UHGV virus genome: UHGV-1380525
DNA length: 47,960 nt
Reading direction: 5' to 3' (one strand)
Origin: a virus
The notes below the pieces were generated by a model, which saw nothing but the letters and a program-made list of their open reading frames with translations, was not told the origin of the DNA and did not search any database. Shown here piece by piece: positions 17,585-26,729 of the stretch (positions are counted from its first letter, which is position 1; each line of letters opens with the position of its first letter). The position numbers and the translations under genes were made by a program.

Positions 17585-18044
17585 AACGCAAATACTCACG
17601 GTGATAGAGCGCTGCGGCGGCGCAACCAATGCCATGATACGCAAGCAGACTGGCATGACAAACCGAGCCAGCGTTACAGGCTATCTGATTGAGCTGGAGG
17701 GTATGGGATTTATTATTAAAGAGGAAAGCGTCAGATATGGCAGGCGCTGCTTTAAGTATTTCCTCAATCCCGATAATACTGCGCTCGATTTGGCTATTCA
17801 GACTTATCTTGAGGCGAATCCTGGGCGTAAGAGCAAGCAGATAGCAGAGGCTGTCGGCGTCAACTACACCATTCTCAAGGCACGCATGCGCTATCTGGCA
17901 AGCATTGGTCAGGTTGACCGTGAAATGCTTCCCGGCGGTGCATGGAAATATTACTGGCAGGAGATCATCCCGTTTGGCATGAGCCGTGACAGGATGATGT
18001 TTGAAAAGCTGCTTGCTGGGGCACGTCAGTCATGTGGGCGGTAA
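17574..18044 (+). CDS. double winged-helix DNA-binding protein, 156 aa
   Basis: Two wH-like repeats: ILTVIERCGGATNAMIRKQTGMT... and QIAEAVGVNYTILKARMRYL... Confidence 0.5.
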   Translation: MDFKTQILTVIERCGGATNAMIRKQTGMTNRASVTGYLIELEGMGFIIKEESVRYGRRCFKYFLNPDNTALDLAIQTYLEANPGRKSKQIAEAVGVNYTILKARMRYLASIGQVDREMLPGGAWKYYWQEIIPFGMSRDRMMFEKLLAGARQSCGR

Positions 18045-18322
18045 AGCATAAATCAGGAACCGTGCTGTTTGTCACCAACTGTGAGCGTACGGCTAGTAAT
18101 CGCAGAGAGATGGGGTGGATAGTGGAGGAAGTGAATGTGAGCAAACCAAAAAACGCATTAATTAAAATTACATGGCATGACGACACGGTTAGCCAGTGGC
18201 ATGCAGATTCATTCAGAGAGGGTGAGCACTCCATTGAAATGAATATTGGTGGATGCATCGTTTGCATCCCCTGGAGGTTATACAAAGATGGCGAAGTTAA
18301 ACATTTGGATGTGGAGTCGTAA
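18032..18322 (+). CDS. hypothetical protein, 96 aa
   Basis: ORF track. Confidence 0.5.
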   Translation: MWAVKHKSGTVLFVTNCERTASNRREMGWIVEEVNVSKPKNALIKITWHDDTVSQWHADSFREGEHSIEMNIGGCIVCIPWRLYKDGEVKHLDVES

Positions 18323-18667
18323 ATGAAACTACAACTTAACGAAATCATGGAAGCAACAATCAGCGAACTGGATGACATTGATATGACGCTTGCCTTTGAG
18401 ATTGAGGCTATCGAGCGCCAGCTTGCTGGCAATCAGAATGGAAATAAGGTATGGAGAGAGAAGGCCATGAAGGCGAAGGGACACATGCAGCGCACCCGCG
18501 CGCTGGTTCGCACTCGCCTTGATAAGCTCTATTACGGCGAAGAAAGAATGTTACACGGCGCCATTCTGGCTGAAATCCGAAAAACGATGCCTGTCGGGAA
18601 ATTTATGGATGCCGTAAACCGCGCAAAAATTAACTGCGGATTGCTAAATAAGAATAGTCCTCAATAA
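18323..18667 (+). CDS. hypothetical protein, 114 aa
   Basis: ORF track. Confidence 0.5.
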   Translation: MKLQLNEIMEATISELDDIDMTLAFEIEAIERQLAGNQNGNKVWREKAMKAKGHMQRTRALVRTRLDKLYYGEERMLHGAILAEIRKTMPVGKFMDAVNRAKINCGLLNKNSPQ

Positions 18668-18711
18668 ATTCTCTTCCGTGGCTGTTACCTTGCACTCAGG
18701 AGGTAGCAGCC

Positions 18712-18834
18712 ATGCCAATCATACTGATATCATTCTTTGCTACTCTTTTCGCTTTTACCGCATCTCCGCTTTACCTTCTCGCGTACGTTTCGTGGTGCAT
18801 ATTCATGGTGTGTTATAATCCGGGCATAAAGTAA
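18712..18834 (+). CDS. 40-aa hydrophobic micro-protein
   Basis: AGGAGG RBS. The RBS sits in the loop of an imperfect 10-bp hairpin at 18674-18709. Confidence 0.35.
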   Translation: MPIILISFFATLFAFTASPLYLLAYVSWCIFMVCYNPGIK

Positions 18835-18849
18835 GCGCGGAGAAAGGTC

Positions 18850-20250
18850 ATGATTGTCAAAATTGGCGGCAAGTGGGTCGTTAAATCTAAGGATGGCTCG
18901 CACCAGTTTGGCGAGTACGACACCGAAGAGGCGGCGAAAAAGCGCCTTGCTGAGGTGGAGGCATTCAAGCACATGAATAATAAATTACAGGTTAACATCC
19001 TGTATACCATCAACTCAGCCAGCAACATCAGTGAAAAAATCATTGATGGCGACCCGCATTATGTCATCAAGAATGTTGTGCCGGTGGTGGATGACATCGT
19101 CATGAATGGCGGTCTGTACCCTGGCGATGAGATTAAAAAGTCATTCCATGGTCTTGACGGGAAACCGGCGCCATATGACCACCCGAAGATTGATGGCAAA
19201 TATGTGTCAGCAAACATGACGCGAGCCGCCAATCAGTTCAGCGTTGGTGCATGGATTGAGAACTCATCTCATGACGGCAGCAAAGCACTGGTAGACCTTT
19301 ATATTAACAAGGTGGTGGCTGAGCGCTCTGATAAAGGCAGGGAATTGCTGTCGCGCATTGACGGACTCAAAGTTAACAGCGCCGATGCTGAACCTGTTCA
19401 GGTGTCTACCGGTCTGTTACTCAACCGCGAGCAGGCATCAGGAACTTCTAAGGGCAAAAAATATTCCTGGATTGCCCGGAATATGGAGTGGGATCACCTC
19501 GCCATTCTTCCACCTGGCATTCCAGGTGCTGGCGGCCCTGCTGATGGTGTCGGTATCTTTGCTGCTAACGGCGAAGACATTGAGCGCGTTGTAGTTAACC
19601 TTGAGGAATCAGCAATGACCGACGAAAGTGCAAACAAAATCAAATGGTGGCAGCGTGCCATCAATCGACTGACTGGGAATCAGCTGTCATTCACTGATAT
19701 TACTGAGCAACTCCGCAATATCATCAAGGCAGAGACTCAGTCTGATGTATGGCCCTATATCGTCGCCGTTTATGATAGTTACTTCGGCGTTGAGATTGAC
19801 GGCACCATTTATATGCAGTCCTACATCGTCCGCGAGGATATGGTAGAATTAGTCGGTGAACGGGTTAAGGCTGTTTATAAGACAGAGCTTGAACCGGTAA
19901 AAACAACTCAAGGGGAAATCTCAATGACTAACGAGGAATTACAGGCTGTATTAGCCGATGCCCTCAAACCGGTTCAGGAATCGTTGACCGCAGTCAACCA
20001 GAAACTGGCCGATGTGGAGGCGCAAAACAAAACCCTGCGCGACCAGCTGCAAGCCAATGCCGCACAGGAAGAAACCGCAATGCGCGCCGCCATTATGGCT
20101 GAGCTGAAGTTGCCGGAATCTGCTGTTAATGCGCTGACTGGCGAAGCACTGCGTGAAACCTATGCGCTCACCAGTAAAGCGGCTCCGATTTCCGGCGGGT
20201 TCCAGCCGAACCGTGCCGAAGAAGATTTTGATATGGAGGCACCTGAATAA
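18850..20250 (+). CDS. putative prohead protease/scaffold fusion (DUF2213-like N-terminus, coiled-coil C-terminus)
   Basis: Position just upstream of the decoration and capsid genes. C-terminal heptad-rich region. Confidence 0.5.
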   Translation: MIVKIGGKWVVKSKDGSHQFGEYDTEEAAKKRLAEVEAFKHMNNKLQVNILYTINSASNISEKIIDGDPHYVIKNVVPVVDDIVMNGGLYPGDEIKKSFHGLDGKPAPYDHPKIDGKYVSANMTRAANQFSVGAWIENSSHDGSKALVDLYINKVVAERSDKGRELLSRIDGLKVNSADAEPVQVSTGLLLNREQASGTSKGKKYSWIARNMEWDHLAILPPGIPGAGGPADGVGIFAANGEDIERVVVNLEESAMTDESANKIKWWQRAINRLTGNQLSFTDITEQLRNIIKAETQSDVWPYIVAVYDSYFGVEIDGTIYMQSYIVREDMVELVGERVKAVYKTELEPVKTTQGEISMTNEELQAVLADALKPVQESLTAVNQKLADVEAQNKTLRDQLQANAAQEETAMRAAIMAELKLPESAVNALTGEALRETYALTSKAAPISGGFQPNRAEEDFDMEAPE

Positions 20251-20714
20251 TGGCTACTATCCGTTATGGCACCATCATCGGTGGCCCGGCCCGCAAAAAC
20301 GACCCACAGTTGCGCGAAGGCCTGATGAACGTCTCGCTGCAACCTGGCGCACTGGTCGACTTCAACTCCTCTGACAAAATCATCGCGCATGCGACTGATG
20401 GCGGTCAGGGTTTCCCCTACGTTCTGCAACACAACTATGTTGGCGGCGGCGACGTGAGCGAAGCTGTACCGGCAAATGCTACCGGCATGGCAGTACAATG
20501 CGAATTTGGCGTAACGTATCACGCTCTGGTTGCGGCATCCTCCGCGCTGGAAAAAGGTACTCCGCTGGCAAGCGATGGCTCCGGCGCGTTAAAAGTGGCT
20601 GGCACAGGTGATAAAATCCTGTTCTATGCGTATGAAGCCTACACCGTAGCATCTGATGGCGCTGAACTCGTTGCAGTTCGTCGCGCTGGCAATGCTGCAA
20701 TGCCTGCGGCGTAA
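20250..20714 (+). CDS. head decoration-like protein, 154 aa
   Basis: Position immediately before the major capsid gene. Gly/Ala-rich beta protein. Confidence 0.45.
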   Translation: MATIRYGTIIGGPARKNDPQLREGLMNVSLQPGALVDFNSSDKIIAHATDGGQGFPYVLQHNYVGGGDVSEAVPANATGMAVQCEFGVTYHALVAASSALEKGTPLASDGSGALKVAGTGDKILFYAYEAYTVASDGAELVAVRRAGNAAMPAA

Positions 20715-20725
20715 GGAGCCGAACA

Positions 20726-21814
20726 ATGGAAAAGATTATCTTTACGAAAGGCCTGATCACCAACTCGCAGGTGGTTAGAGAGCAGTGGCGCCATCTGACC
20801 GTTGACCGCAAGGTTTTCATCAATGGTGAAAACGCTCTGGCGAAAGAATACGGTGTGAACGCCACCGCGCTGGTAACGAAAGACTACTGGCGCGAAGTGG
20901 ACGACGTGACCACCCGTGTATTCCGCAACGAGTCCGGCATGGACATGATGGCCGACCTGATGACGCTGGCGACCAACATCAACATCGGTAAGACCGTGGC
21001 AGTTAGCCGCATGGCTTCCGACGCTGGTAAGGTTGTGCGCACCATCTCCGGGCAGGAGCCTGAAGACCTGGATAAAACCCGCTACTCCTACAGCGGCGAT
21101 GTAATCCCGATCTTCAAAACCGGTTATGGCCGTGAGTGGCGTGAGCTGCTGGGTATGCAATCTGAAGGTTTCGACCCGCTGATTGATGACCAGGAAAGCA
21201 CCACCTTCAACCTGCGCGCAGACATGGCGGATTATCTGCTTGTCGGCGATGCAAGCCTGAACGTGAACGGCGTTTATACTGCTTACGGCATCACCAACCA
21301 CCCGAACACCGTGCAGCTCAACCTGAGCACCTCTGGTACTGGCGCGCTGAAAATCGACCTGCAAACGGCAACTCCTGATGAAATCGTTGGGTTCTTCAAC
21401 CAGGATTTCCAGGCGGTTCTGGATGCGCAGAACGTGTTCGAGCCGGTTACTCTGTGGGTATCTCCGTCTGTTCGCCGTTCCTTCAGCCGTCCGTACTCCA
21501 ACGCGGCAGGCTTCAAAGGCGGCACCATTGAGGATTATATCCTCGCATTCGGCAAAACCGGCAACGTTGGCCGCATCGCGTCTATCGGCACCAACTTCAA
21601 GCTGACCGGAAACCATTTCGTCGGCTATGTGAAGAATGCGCTGTATATTCGCCCTCGCGTCGCTCAGCCGGTATCTACCTATGCAGAGCCGCGTACCACG
21701 CCGCACGCTAACTTTAACTTCCTGACCTGGGCTGCTATGGGTTTGCAGGTGAAAAAGGATTTTGCGGGGCGCTCAAAGGTATTTAACGCATACGGTACAC
21801 AAGCAGCACTGTAA
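20726..21814 (+). CDS. major capsid protein, 362 aa
   Basis: Size, position, and strong codon bias typical of a highly expressed gene. Confidence 0.7.
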   Translation: MEKIIFTKGLITNSQVVREQWRHLTVDRKVFINGENALAKEYGVNATALVTKDYWREVDDVTTRVFRNESGMDMMADLMTLATNINIGKTVAVSRMASDAGKVVRTISGQEPEDLDKTRYSYSGDVIPIFKTGYGREWRELLGMQSEGFDPLIDDQESTTFNLRADMADYLLVGDASLNVNGVYTAYGITNHPNTVQLNLSTSGTGALKIDLQTATPDEIVGFFNQDFQAVLDAQNVFEPVTLWVSPSVRRSFSRPYSNAAGFKGGTIEDYILAFGKTGNVGRIASIGTNFKLTGNHFVGYVKNALYIRPRVAQPVSTYAEPRTTPHANFNFLTWAAMGLQVKKDFAGRSKVFNAYGTQAAL

Positions 21815-21820
21815 TTGATA

Positions 21821-21846
21821 AGGGGGGCGTTAGCCCCCTTCTTTAT
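21821..21846. terminator. rho-independent terminator (gggggc-gtta-gccccc followed by a T-rich run)
   Basis: Read directly. Confidence 0.7.
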
Positions 21847-22627
21847 ACCTTATCTCGCCATAAACCATCCACTGAAGCATGTAGCACCACTCCCACTCTG
21901 TAATATCATCCCTTAGCCATCGGCTATTCTTTTTGAAATTATACTCGGCAGGCTCGGCTTTAAGGTTATGCAAGCAATTAACTAGCTCTGGATACACAAG
22001 CCCATTCTTAACAAACCAGTTCACAGGAAGAATATGGTCAATATGCCAAGAGCTTCTATCATCAAAGCTCATCCATGGCTCCATTGTCGACTCTATATGG
22101 TTGACAAATTCATCCTTTGAGTAACCAAGAACTTCATCAATGCTTGAATCAGAAAGAATGGCGCCGATCTTGATATCCATTCTTTCCAGGGCCTTCCTAA
22201 GGAGTAGATGGTGCGGGTTATCCATCATCCATTGTTTTACGTTTTGCAATGCCTTTGCGTTACCATTTTTTGAGTAATACCATTTACGATAAATCTTCCT
22301 TTTCTTTTCCAGGAACGCTTCACGCCTTGAAGGGTCAGACTTTACGCGCCTTATGTAGGCTTTATCTTTTTCTGATTTCTTTTTCCTGTTTTCAGGCATA
22401 GAGTAATATTTGTCATATGATTTTTTCCGGCTAATGCGCTCCTTTTCCTGCCCCTCGCTTGTTGCGCGCTTAGCTCTGGTGAACTCATACAAGCAATCCT
22501 TGCATTTCCCACAGCCAGCAGTAAAGAAAGTAGTGCACCCACACTTTGCGCAAGGGAACTCAGTGCAGACAAACTGCTTTAATCCCTGCTCTCTGGCTTT
22601 AATGGCCAGTTCTTTTCTTGTGGTCAT
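21830..22627 (-). CDS. HNH-type endonuclease with an N-terminal Cys-rich zinc finger, 265 aa
   Basis: C-terminal SSWHIDHILPVN...NCLHNL...N is an HNH-like motif. CxxC x4 N-terminus. AAGGA RBS. Confidence 0.55.
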   Translation of the reverse strand: MTTRKELAIKAREQGLKQFVCTEFPCAKCGCTTFFTAGCGKCKDCLYEFTRAKRATSEGQEKERISRKKSYDKYYSMPENRKKKSEKDKAYIRRVKSDPSRREAFLEKKRKIYRKWYYSKNGNAKALQNVKQWMMDNPHHLLLRKALERMDIKIGAILSDSSIDEVLGYSKDEFVNHIESTMEPWMSFDDRSSWHIDHILPVNWFVKNGLVYPELVNCLHNLKAEPAEYNFKKNSRWLRDDITEWEWCYMLQWMVYGEIRYKEGG

Positions 22628-22670
22628 AGTGTAATCCTTGCTGATTTGGTTTTGCCATCTTAGCACATAT

Positions 22671-22679
22671 ACATGTCAT
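22671..22679 (+). promoter_or_regulatory. extended -10 promoter TGtTATAAT
   Basis: Perfect extended -10 located 40 nt upstream of the 22719 ATG. Confidence 0.6.
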
Positions 22680-22718
22680 GTGTTATAATTAATCAACATC
22701 AAAATAGAGGTATTTATC

Positions 22719-22913
22719 ATGGCTAAATACGAAGTTATCGCCAGCGGAATCTTCGTCAAAGATAAAGATGGTCGCCTGCGCGAGCTTGCTATTGGCGACG
22801 TCATTGACGAATCCACTCCGCACATCGAGTCAAAACTTCGCCCGGTTAGTGAGAAAATTCTGGAAGTTGCAACTCCGCAAGAATCGCAGCCAAAGGCGAA
22901 GAAAACCAAGTAA
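22719..22913 (+). CDS. stand-alone small Lys/Glu-rich protein, 64 aa, flanked by its own promoter and terminator
   Basis: ORF track. Confidence 0.55.
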   Translation: MAKYEVIASGIFVKDKDGRLRELAIGDVIDESTPHIESKLRPVSEKILEVATPQESQPKAKKTK

Positions 22914-22917
22914 AATA

Positions 22918-22945
22918 AACCCGCAAACAAGCGGGTTTTTTGTTG
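22918..22945 (+). terminator. rho-independent terminator
   Basis: aaacccgc-aaacaa-gcgggttttttgtt. Confidence 0.8.
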
Positions 22946-22954
22946 GGGGTTATC

Positions 22955-23773
22955 ATGGCTGTCAGGTACGAAATAAACACAACTCCGGCTGACGGGGAGG
23001 TTTTGCTTAGCGAAACCATGTCAGCAGACTGGACTGCATTGCAGGTGCAGATTGTGCTATTAAACTCTTCCGGCGGCCACGTGCCATTAACAAGCGGCTC
23101 TGTTTCCGTAATGGTATCGCCGTTTGCATCTGGTGACTTCTGGATTGACGTCAACAATAATAATTATTATGGCGTTGCGCTACGACTAAAAGTGATCAAG
23201 TCACAGCTTCCTGCTGGCGTTGCATCCCTGAAAGTCCTGGTGTGGCGAGCTGATACCTCAGTGCCATCAAGTCAGGTTGTCGCGCAGTCCTACTCGGAGC
23301 TTGCCAATAAGCAGGGAAAGCTATTCACCGCATCGCGTCGCGTGACCGATGTTGCTGGCGGGGCCAACCTTGACAGCATTTTTATTACCGGCTCAAAGCA
23401 GGTCGTGTTCAATCAGCGCATCATTGGCTACACCGGTAAAGGTGTTGTAGCGTCAATCTACCGTGGAGCTGTAGCCACTGGCGGCACCGCTGCGGAGATT
23501 AATAACCCAAATGACATCGCACCGCATGCTGCAACGGCACAGATTCTGACTGGCTCTACGATTACAAGTATTGGGCAGCTGACGGTGGCGGCTACGTATA
23601 GTGAAGGGAACGCATCCAATCAGGGTCAGGGCAATTCGCAGGCAAAACTCGGTGAACAGGTCATCATGGCGCCTAATACTACCTACCTGTTACGCATCAC
23701 ATCCCTGGATACTGCGGCACAAAATATCAATGCTTACGTTTCGTGGTTTGAGGATGACGCTTATCTTCCGTGA
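22955..23773 (+). CDS. beta-rich structural protein of unknown role, 272 aa (head or tail accessory fibre?)
   Basis: GGGGG RBS. Gly/Ala/Thr-rich. Followed by its own terminator. Confidence 0.5.
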   Translation: MAVRYEINTTPADGEVLLSETMSADWTALQVQIVLLNSSGGHVPLTSGSVSVMVSPFASGDFWIDVNNNNYYGVALRLKVIKSQLPAGVASLKVLVWRADTSVPSSQVVAQSYSELANKQGKLFTASRRVTDVAGGANLDSIFITGSKQVVFNQRIIGYTGKGVVASIYRGAVATGGTAAEINNPNDIAPHAATAQILTGSTITSIGQLTVAATYSEGNASNQGQGNSQAKLGEQVIMAPNTTYLLRITSLDTAAQNINAYVSWFEDDAYLP

Positions 23774-23780
23774 TAAAAGA

Positions 23781-23805
23781 AAAGCCCCGGAAGGGGCTTT
23801 GTTTG
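23781..23805. terminator. bidirectional rho-independent terminator
   Basis: gcccc-ggaa-ggggc followed by a T-rich run, with an A-run upstream. Confidence 0.75.
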
Positions 23806-24342
23806 CTAAATTCGCATTGGCATAACGATAACCTTGGCAGTCTCGCCAGTAGGCGCATTAATGTTTGCGACGGCGGCGCTGGTGTTTCCATTAAGCTCAA
23901 ATAACACCGCCTCACATTTATGGTTAAACAGCTTCGCCAGCTTCTCTACATCTGCCAGATATTTGGCGTTGAAGCAGATTTGCTCTGTTGCCGCTGTCTG
24001 CTTTGGGATAACACGATCAATGTCAGGGAATCGGCCATAAATCTCAGAGCAGATACCTGCGCCTACCATGATTTCATGCTCGTCATGGTAAGTAACAATA
24101 CCTGTTTTGGTGTCCAGTAGCGCATACGCATAGCGCTTGGTTGGCGACTTGCTGACAGAAACGATAACGTTATCTTTCAATTTATTTTCATGCTTACTGG
24201 AAATCATGGCGCGATGACCGTCAGTAGCGGCAACGCGACCATCAGGCATAAAGCAAATGCCATTCAGGTAATAGCGAGCATCCTGTTTGGCCTGGAACAT
24301 CAATGCGCCTTCAAGAAGTAATTTGCTGATTTTTAATTTCAT
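23806..24342 (-). CDS. truncated DNA polymerase III beta sliding-clamp (DnaN) homologue: domain II plus the distal half of domain III, 178 aa
   Basis: QDARYYLNGICF...VAATDGHRAM matches E. coli beta QDVRYYLNGMLF...TVATDGHRLA. GRFPDIDRVIP matches GRFPDYRRVLP. C-terminal VIVMPMRI matches YVVMPMRL. AAGGTGA RBS. Confidence 0.7.
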   Translation of the reverse strand: MKLKISKLLLEGALMFQAKQDARYYLNGICFMPDGRVAATDGHRAMISSKHENKLKDNVIVSVSKSPTKRYAYALLDTKTGIVTYHDEHEIMVGAGICSEIYGRFPDIDRVIPKQTAATEQICFNAKYLADVEKLAKLFNHKCEAVLFELNGNTSAAVANINAPTGETAKVIVMPMRI

Positions 24343-24515
24343 CACTTCACCTTTATCATGTGTTGTTTTGCAACCTTCAGACATTCATCGAAAATCTTGC
24401 CTTTCTTTTCACTCTGGTTGCGCATGTAGTGGGTAATTGCAGCCTCTATGGCCGCGTTGTCGATGCCCGGCAGTTTTTCGCGCAGGTTTTTCTCTATGAA
24501 TTGCTCGTGGTTCAT
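24342..24515 (-). CDS. hypothetical protein, 57 aa, translationally coupled between ParB-like and clamp-like genes
   Basis: TGATG overlaps at both ends. Hand translation: MNHEQFIEKNLREKLPGIDNAAIEAAITHYMRNQSEKKGKIFDECLKVAKQHMIKVK. Confidence 0.4.
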   Translation of the reverse strand: MNHEQFIEKNLREKLPGIDNAAIEAAITHYMRNQSEKKGKIFDECLKVAKQHMIKVK

Positions 24516-25330
24516 CACAGCTTCTCCAGAATCGCCAGCACTTCATTCAACTCAGCAGAAGGAAGGCGCAAAAATTCTTCTGTCTCCTGTGCCACATGCC
24601 CCTCGGCTACCACCATGTGATCTGCTTCTTTCAGCAACTGAATCAGGCGGTCAATCGGCTTAACTTTTTTGGCCTTGAGGGTTTTCGCCGTCACCTTATC
24701 TTTTCCCTGCGCTTTCGCTTCCTCAACGGCTGCATCAATAACGTTAACAGCATCATCGCCATGCTCACGTGCTACCGCAACGGCGTTGGCATAGCTGATT
24801 TGGCCTGCATTGATGCGTTGCTTGATGGCATCAGGTACATCACCAAGTGACAGGTGCATCTGCACATCAGAAACTGAGCGACCAACCTTCTTGGCGATTT
24901 CTTCATTCGTCCATCCGAACCCTTTCAGGCGCACATAAGCCTTTGCACGCTCAAGCGGGTCAAGCTGCTTTCCTTGACTGGATGACACCATGAAGGCGAT
25001 TTTATCCGCTTCATCGCCGGTGAAGTCTTTGCACTCAATGCGCGCAATTGGTACGCCGCGCTCAATGGCGCGCAATGCGCCAAGATAACGATGCTGGCCG
25101 TCAAGAATCTTGATGCGCTTTCCGTCGGCATCAGGAATAACAGTTAACGCCGGGATTGGCTGGCCTGATTCCCAGCACTGCGCGAAGTATTCAACGTGCT
25201 GCTCATCGGCTTCGCGGATGTTGTATCCCGGCTCAAGATAAAGCTGGTCGACAGGAACCTGATAACCTTTGTTGACCACGATTCCGCCGCGAGTTTCTTT
25301 GTCTGAGTAAATTTTTCCGAGAGATGTCAT
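24515..25330 (-). CDS. ParB-like nuclease-domain protein (ParB/Srx N-terminus plus HTH), 271 aa
   Basis: IKILDGQHRYLGALRA is the GxxRxxA ParB box. HTH at WTNEEIAKKVGRSVSDVQ. GAGGAAAAG RBS. Confidence 0.7.
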   Translation of the reverse strand: MTSLGKIYSDKETRGGIVVNKGYQVPVDQLYLEPGYNIREADEQHVEYFAQCWESGQPIPALTVIPDADGKRIKILDGQHRYLGALRAIERGVPIARIECKDFTGDEADKIAFMVSSSQGKQLDPLERAKAYVRLKGFGWTNEEIAKKVGRSVSDVQMHLSLGDVPDAIKQRINAGQISYANAVAVAREHGDDAVNVIDAAVEEAKAQGKDKVTAKTLKAKKVKPIDRLIQLLKEADHMVVAEGHVAQETEEFLRLPSAELNEVLAILEKL

Positions 25331-25340
25331 CTTTTCCTCA

Positions 25341-25454
25341 CTTTGATAAACAGATTGCGCTGGCAATGGCGAATCCGATAACGATTAATGCCAGCTTTAT
25401 TTTGAAGTTGCGCCATGCTTTAAGGTCTTCTTTGCGGATTTCGTGGCGAATCAT
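25341..25454 (-). CDS. 37-aa single-TM micro-protein
   Basis: ATGA-coupled to the upstream gene. Hydrophobic KLALIVIGFAIASAICL segment. Confidence 0.3.
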
Positions 25455-25729
25455 TGGGATTCTCCGAGTGCTTTTGCGATTGCAGCTTTAGCTTCCGAGG
25501 TATTAACGTAGATGCATGCGCGAGCTTCTAAATCCAGCAGTGCTTCCAGCAATTCAGGCGCGGCGGCGATGAGATTGGCATCTTCGCGCTGATAAACCGT
25601 ATCGCAAATGCATTCGCCATCCTCACCAAAAATAACTTCCAGATGGGTTAATGATTTATTATTCCAGTGCTGGCCCTTTTCATTCACTGACCACGGCCCC
25701 GGCGTACCTTTGAATTCATTCATCTTCAT
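25451..25729 (-). CDS. Ead/Ea22-like small protein, about 92 aa
   Basis: GPWSV...GECICD...DANLIAAAPELLEALLDLEA resembles the Ea22 domain of 3874..4431. AGAGGTGA RBS. Confidence 0.5.
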   Translation of the reverse strand: MKMNEFKGTPGPWSVNEKGQHWNNKSLTHLEVIFGEDGECICDTVYQREDANLIAAAPELLEALLDLEARACIYVNTSEAKAAIAKALGESQ

Positions 25730-25763
25730 CACCTCTAACATTTATTGTTGTTTCTACGTCATC

Positions 25764-25792
25764 ACTATAGCGACACCCTCAATCTACGTCAA
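25764..25792 (-). promoter_or_regulatory. leftward promoter TTGACG-17-TATAGT inside the conserved module. A second CTACGTCA copy lies at 25754-25761.
   Basis: Identical hexamers to the 2111 promoter. Confidence 0.6.
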
Positions 25793-25799
25793 CACTTTA

Positions 25800-25808
25800 T
25801 GATAAAAT
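25800..25808 (+). promoter_or_regulatory. rightward extended -10 promoter TGaTAAAAT
   Basis: Read directly. Confidence 0.5.
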
Positions 25809-25953
25809 TAAACCAACAACACTCACCCCGCGCTGTTCCGTCCTGAAAAACGTAAGGCGGCGAAATTGGATATAGCAATCGGCGTTATCGTCATGGCGTT
25901 TTCGCTGGTTCAGGTGTACAGATGCTGGAAGTTCATCATTCGGAGAATAATTA

Positions 25954-26241
25954 ATGAGAGACGCGCTTCAGCACGCCGCAAACCAGATAATTAGTGGCAC
26001 TGTCGGCCAGGTAATCGACAAAGCCGGTTATACATCCATCGGCACGGGTCTTGGCCTGAAAGTGGCAGAGCAGACGCCAGTCGCACAATCATACATTGCC
26101 TCAATGATCCCCCATTCGATTACCGAGTGGGCAGCGGTAGCCTCTATACTTGGCGCGTTGTCACTGGTGGCAAAAAACCTTTTTGAGATGTGGTGGAAGA
26201 TTCGGGAGAGCAAAAAGAATGGCAGCACCGACAGCAAGTGA
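25954..26241 (+). CDS. hypothetical protein with a C-terminal hydrophobic helix, 95 aa
   Basis: ORF track. Confidence 0.5.
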   Translation: MRDALQHAANQIISGTVGQVIDKAGYTSIGTGLGLKVAEQTPVAQSYIASMIPHSITEWAAVASILGALSLVAKNLFEMWWKIRESKKNGSTDSK

Positions 26242-26611
26242 ACTTGTCGCCGCCATGGCGTCAAGAGGCGTAACTATCACCACGGCAGACGCAACGGGAA
26301 TCCTGTGTCTGGTAGCGAGCATCACAGAGTGCCTTGAGCTTAATTACCCTGAAGACACATGCAGGCAGGATGCAATTCTACTATGGGCATCTATCCTGAT
26401 TGCCTCGAATACCGCCGGGAGATACATCACCAGCCACCGGGCGCCATCTGGTGCGTCGCAGTCATTTGGCTATGGCAGTAAGCCGTGGATGGCCCTTTAC
26501 AATCAGATGAAACTACTCGACACGGCAGACTGCACAGGTGACCTTGTGGAAGAGCCTGATGGAAGTGCAAAGCCGTGGTTTCGGGTTGTTACCGGGAGTA
26601 AATGCAGATGA
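26219..26611 (+). CDS. hypothetical head-tail region protein, about 130 aa
   Basis: ORF track, with the start trimmed to the ATG that has a GAGAG RBS. Confidence 0.45.
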   Translation: MAAPTASELVAAMASRGVTITTADATGILCLVASITECLELNYPEDTCRQDAILLWASILIASNTAGRYITSHRAPSGASQSFGYGSKPWMALYNQMKLLDTADCTGDLVEEPDGSAKPWFRVVTGSKCR

Positions 26612-26729
26612 AAACGCAAACATTAACTGTAAATATCGCAATCCGTAAATGGTGCCTGCCACTGCTGGTTATTCTGGTATTGCTGCGCCTTCCTGTTCCG
26701 CGCTGGGTTTATACTCTTGAGGCTGCGCC

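Noticed and set aside
20639-21706. 355-aa antisense ORF inside the major capsid gene, and similar long antisense ORFs (10866..11819, 3117..3620, 3694..4245)
   Set aside because: These are shadow ORFs on the strand opposite well-supported genes. They lack RBS and their composition is typical of antisense frames.
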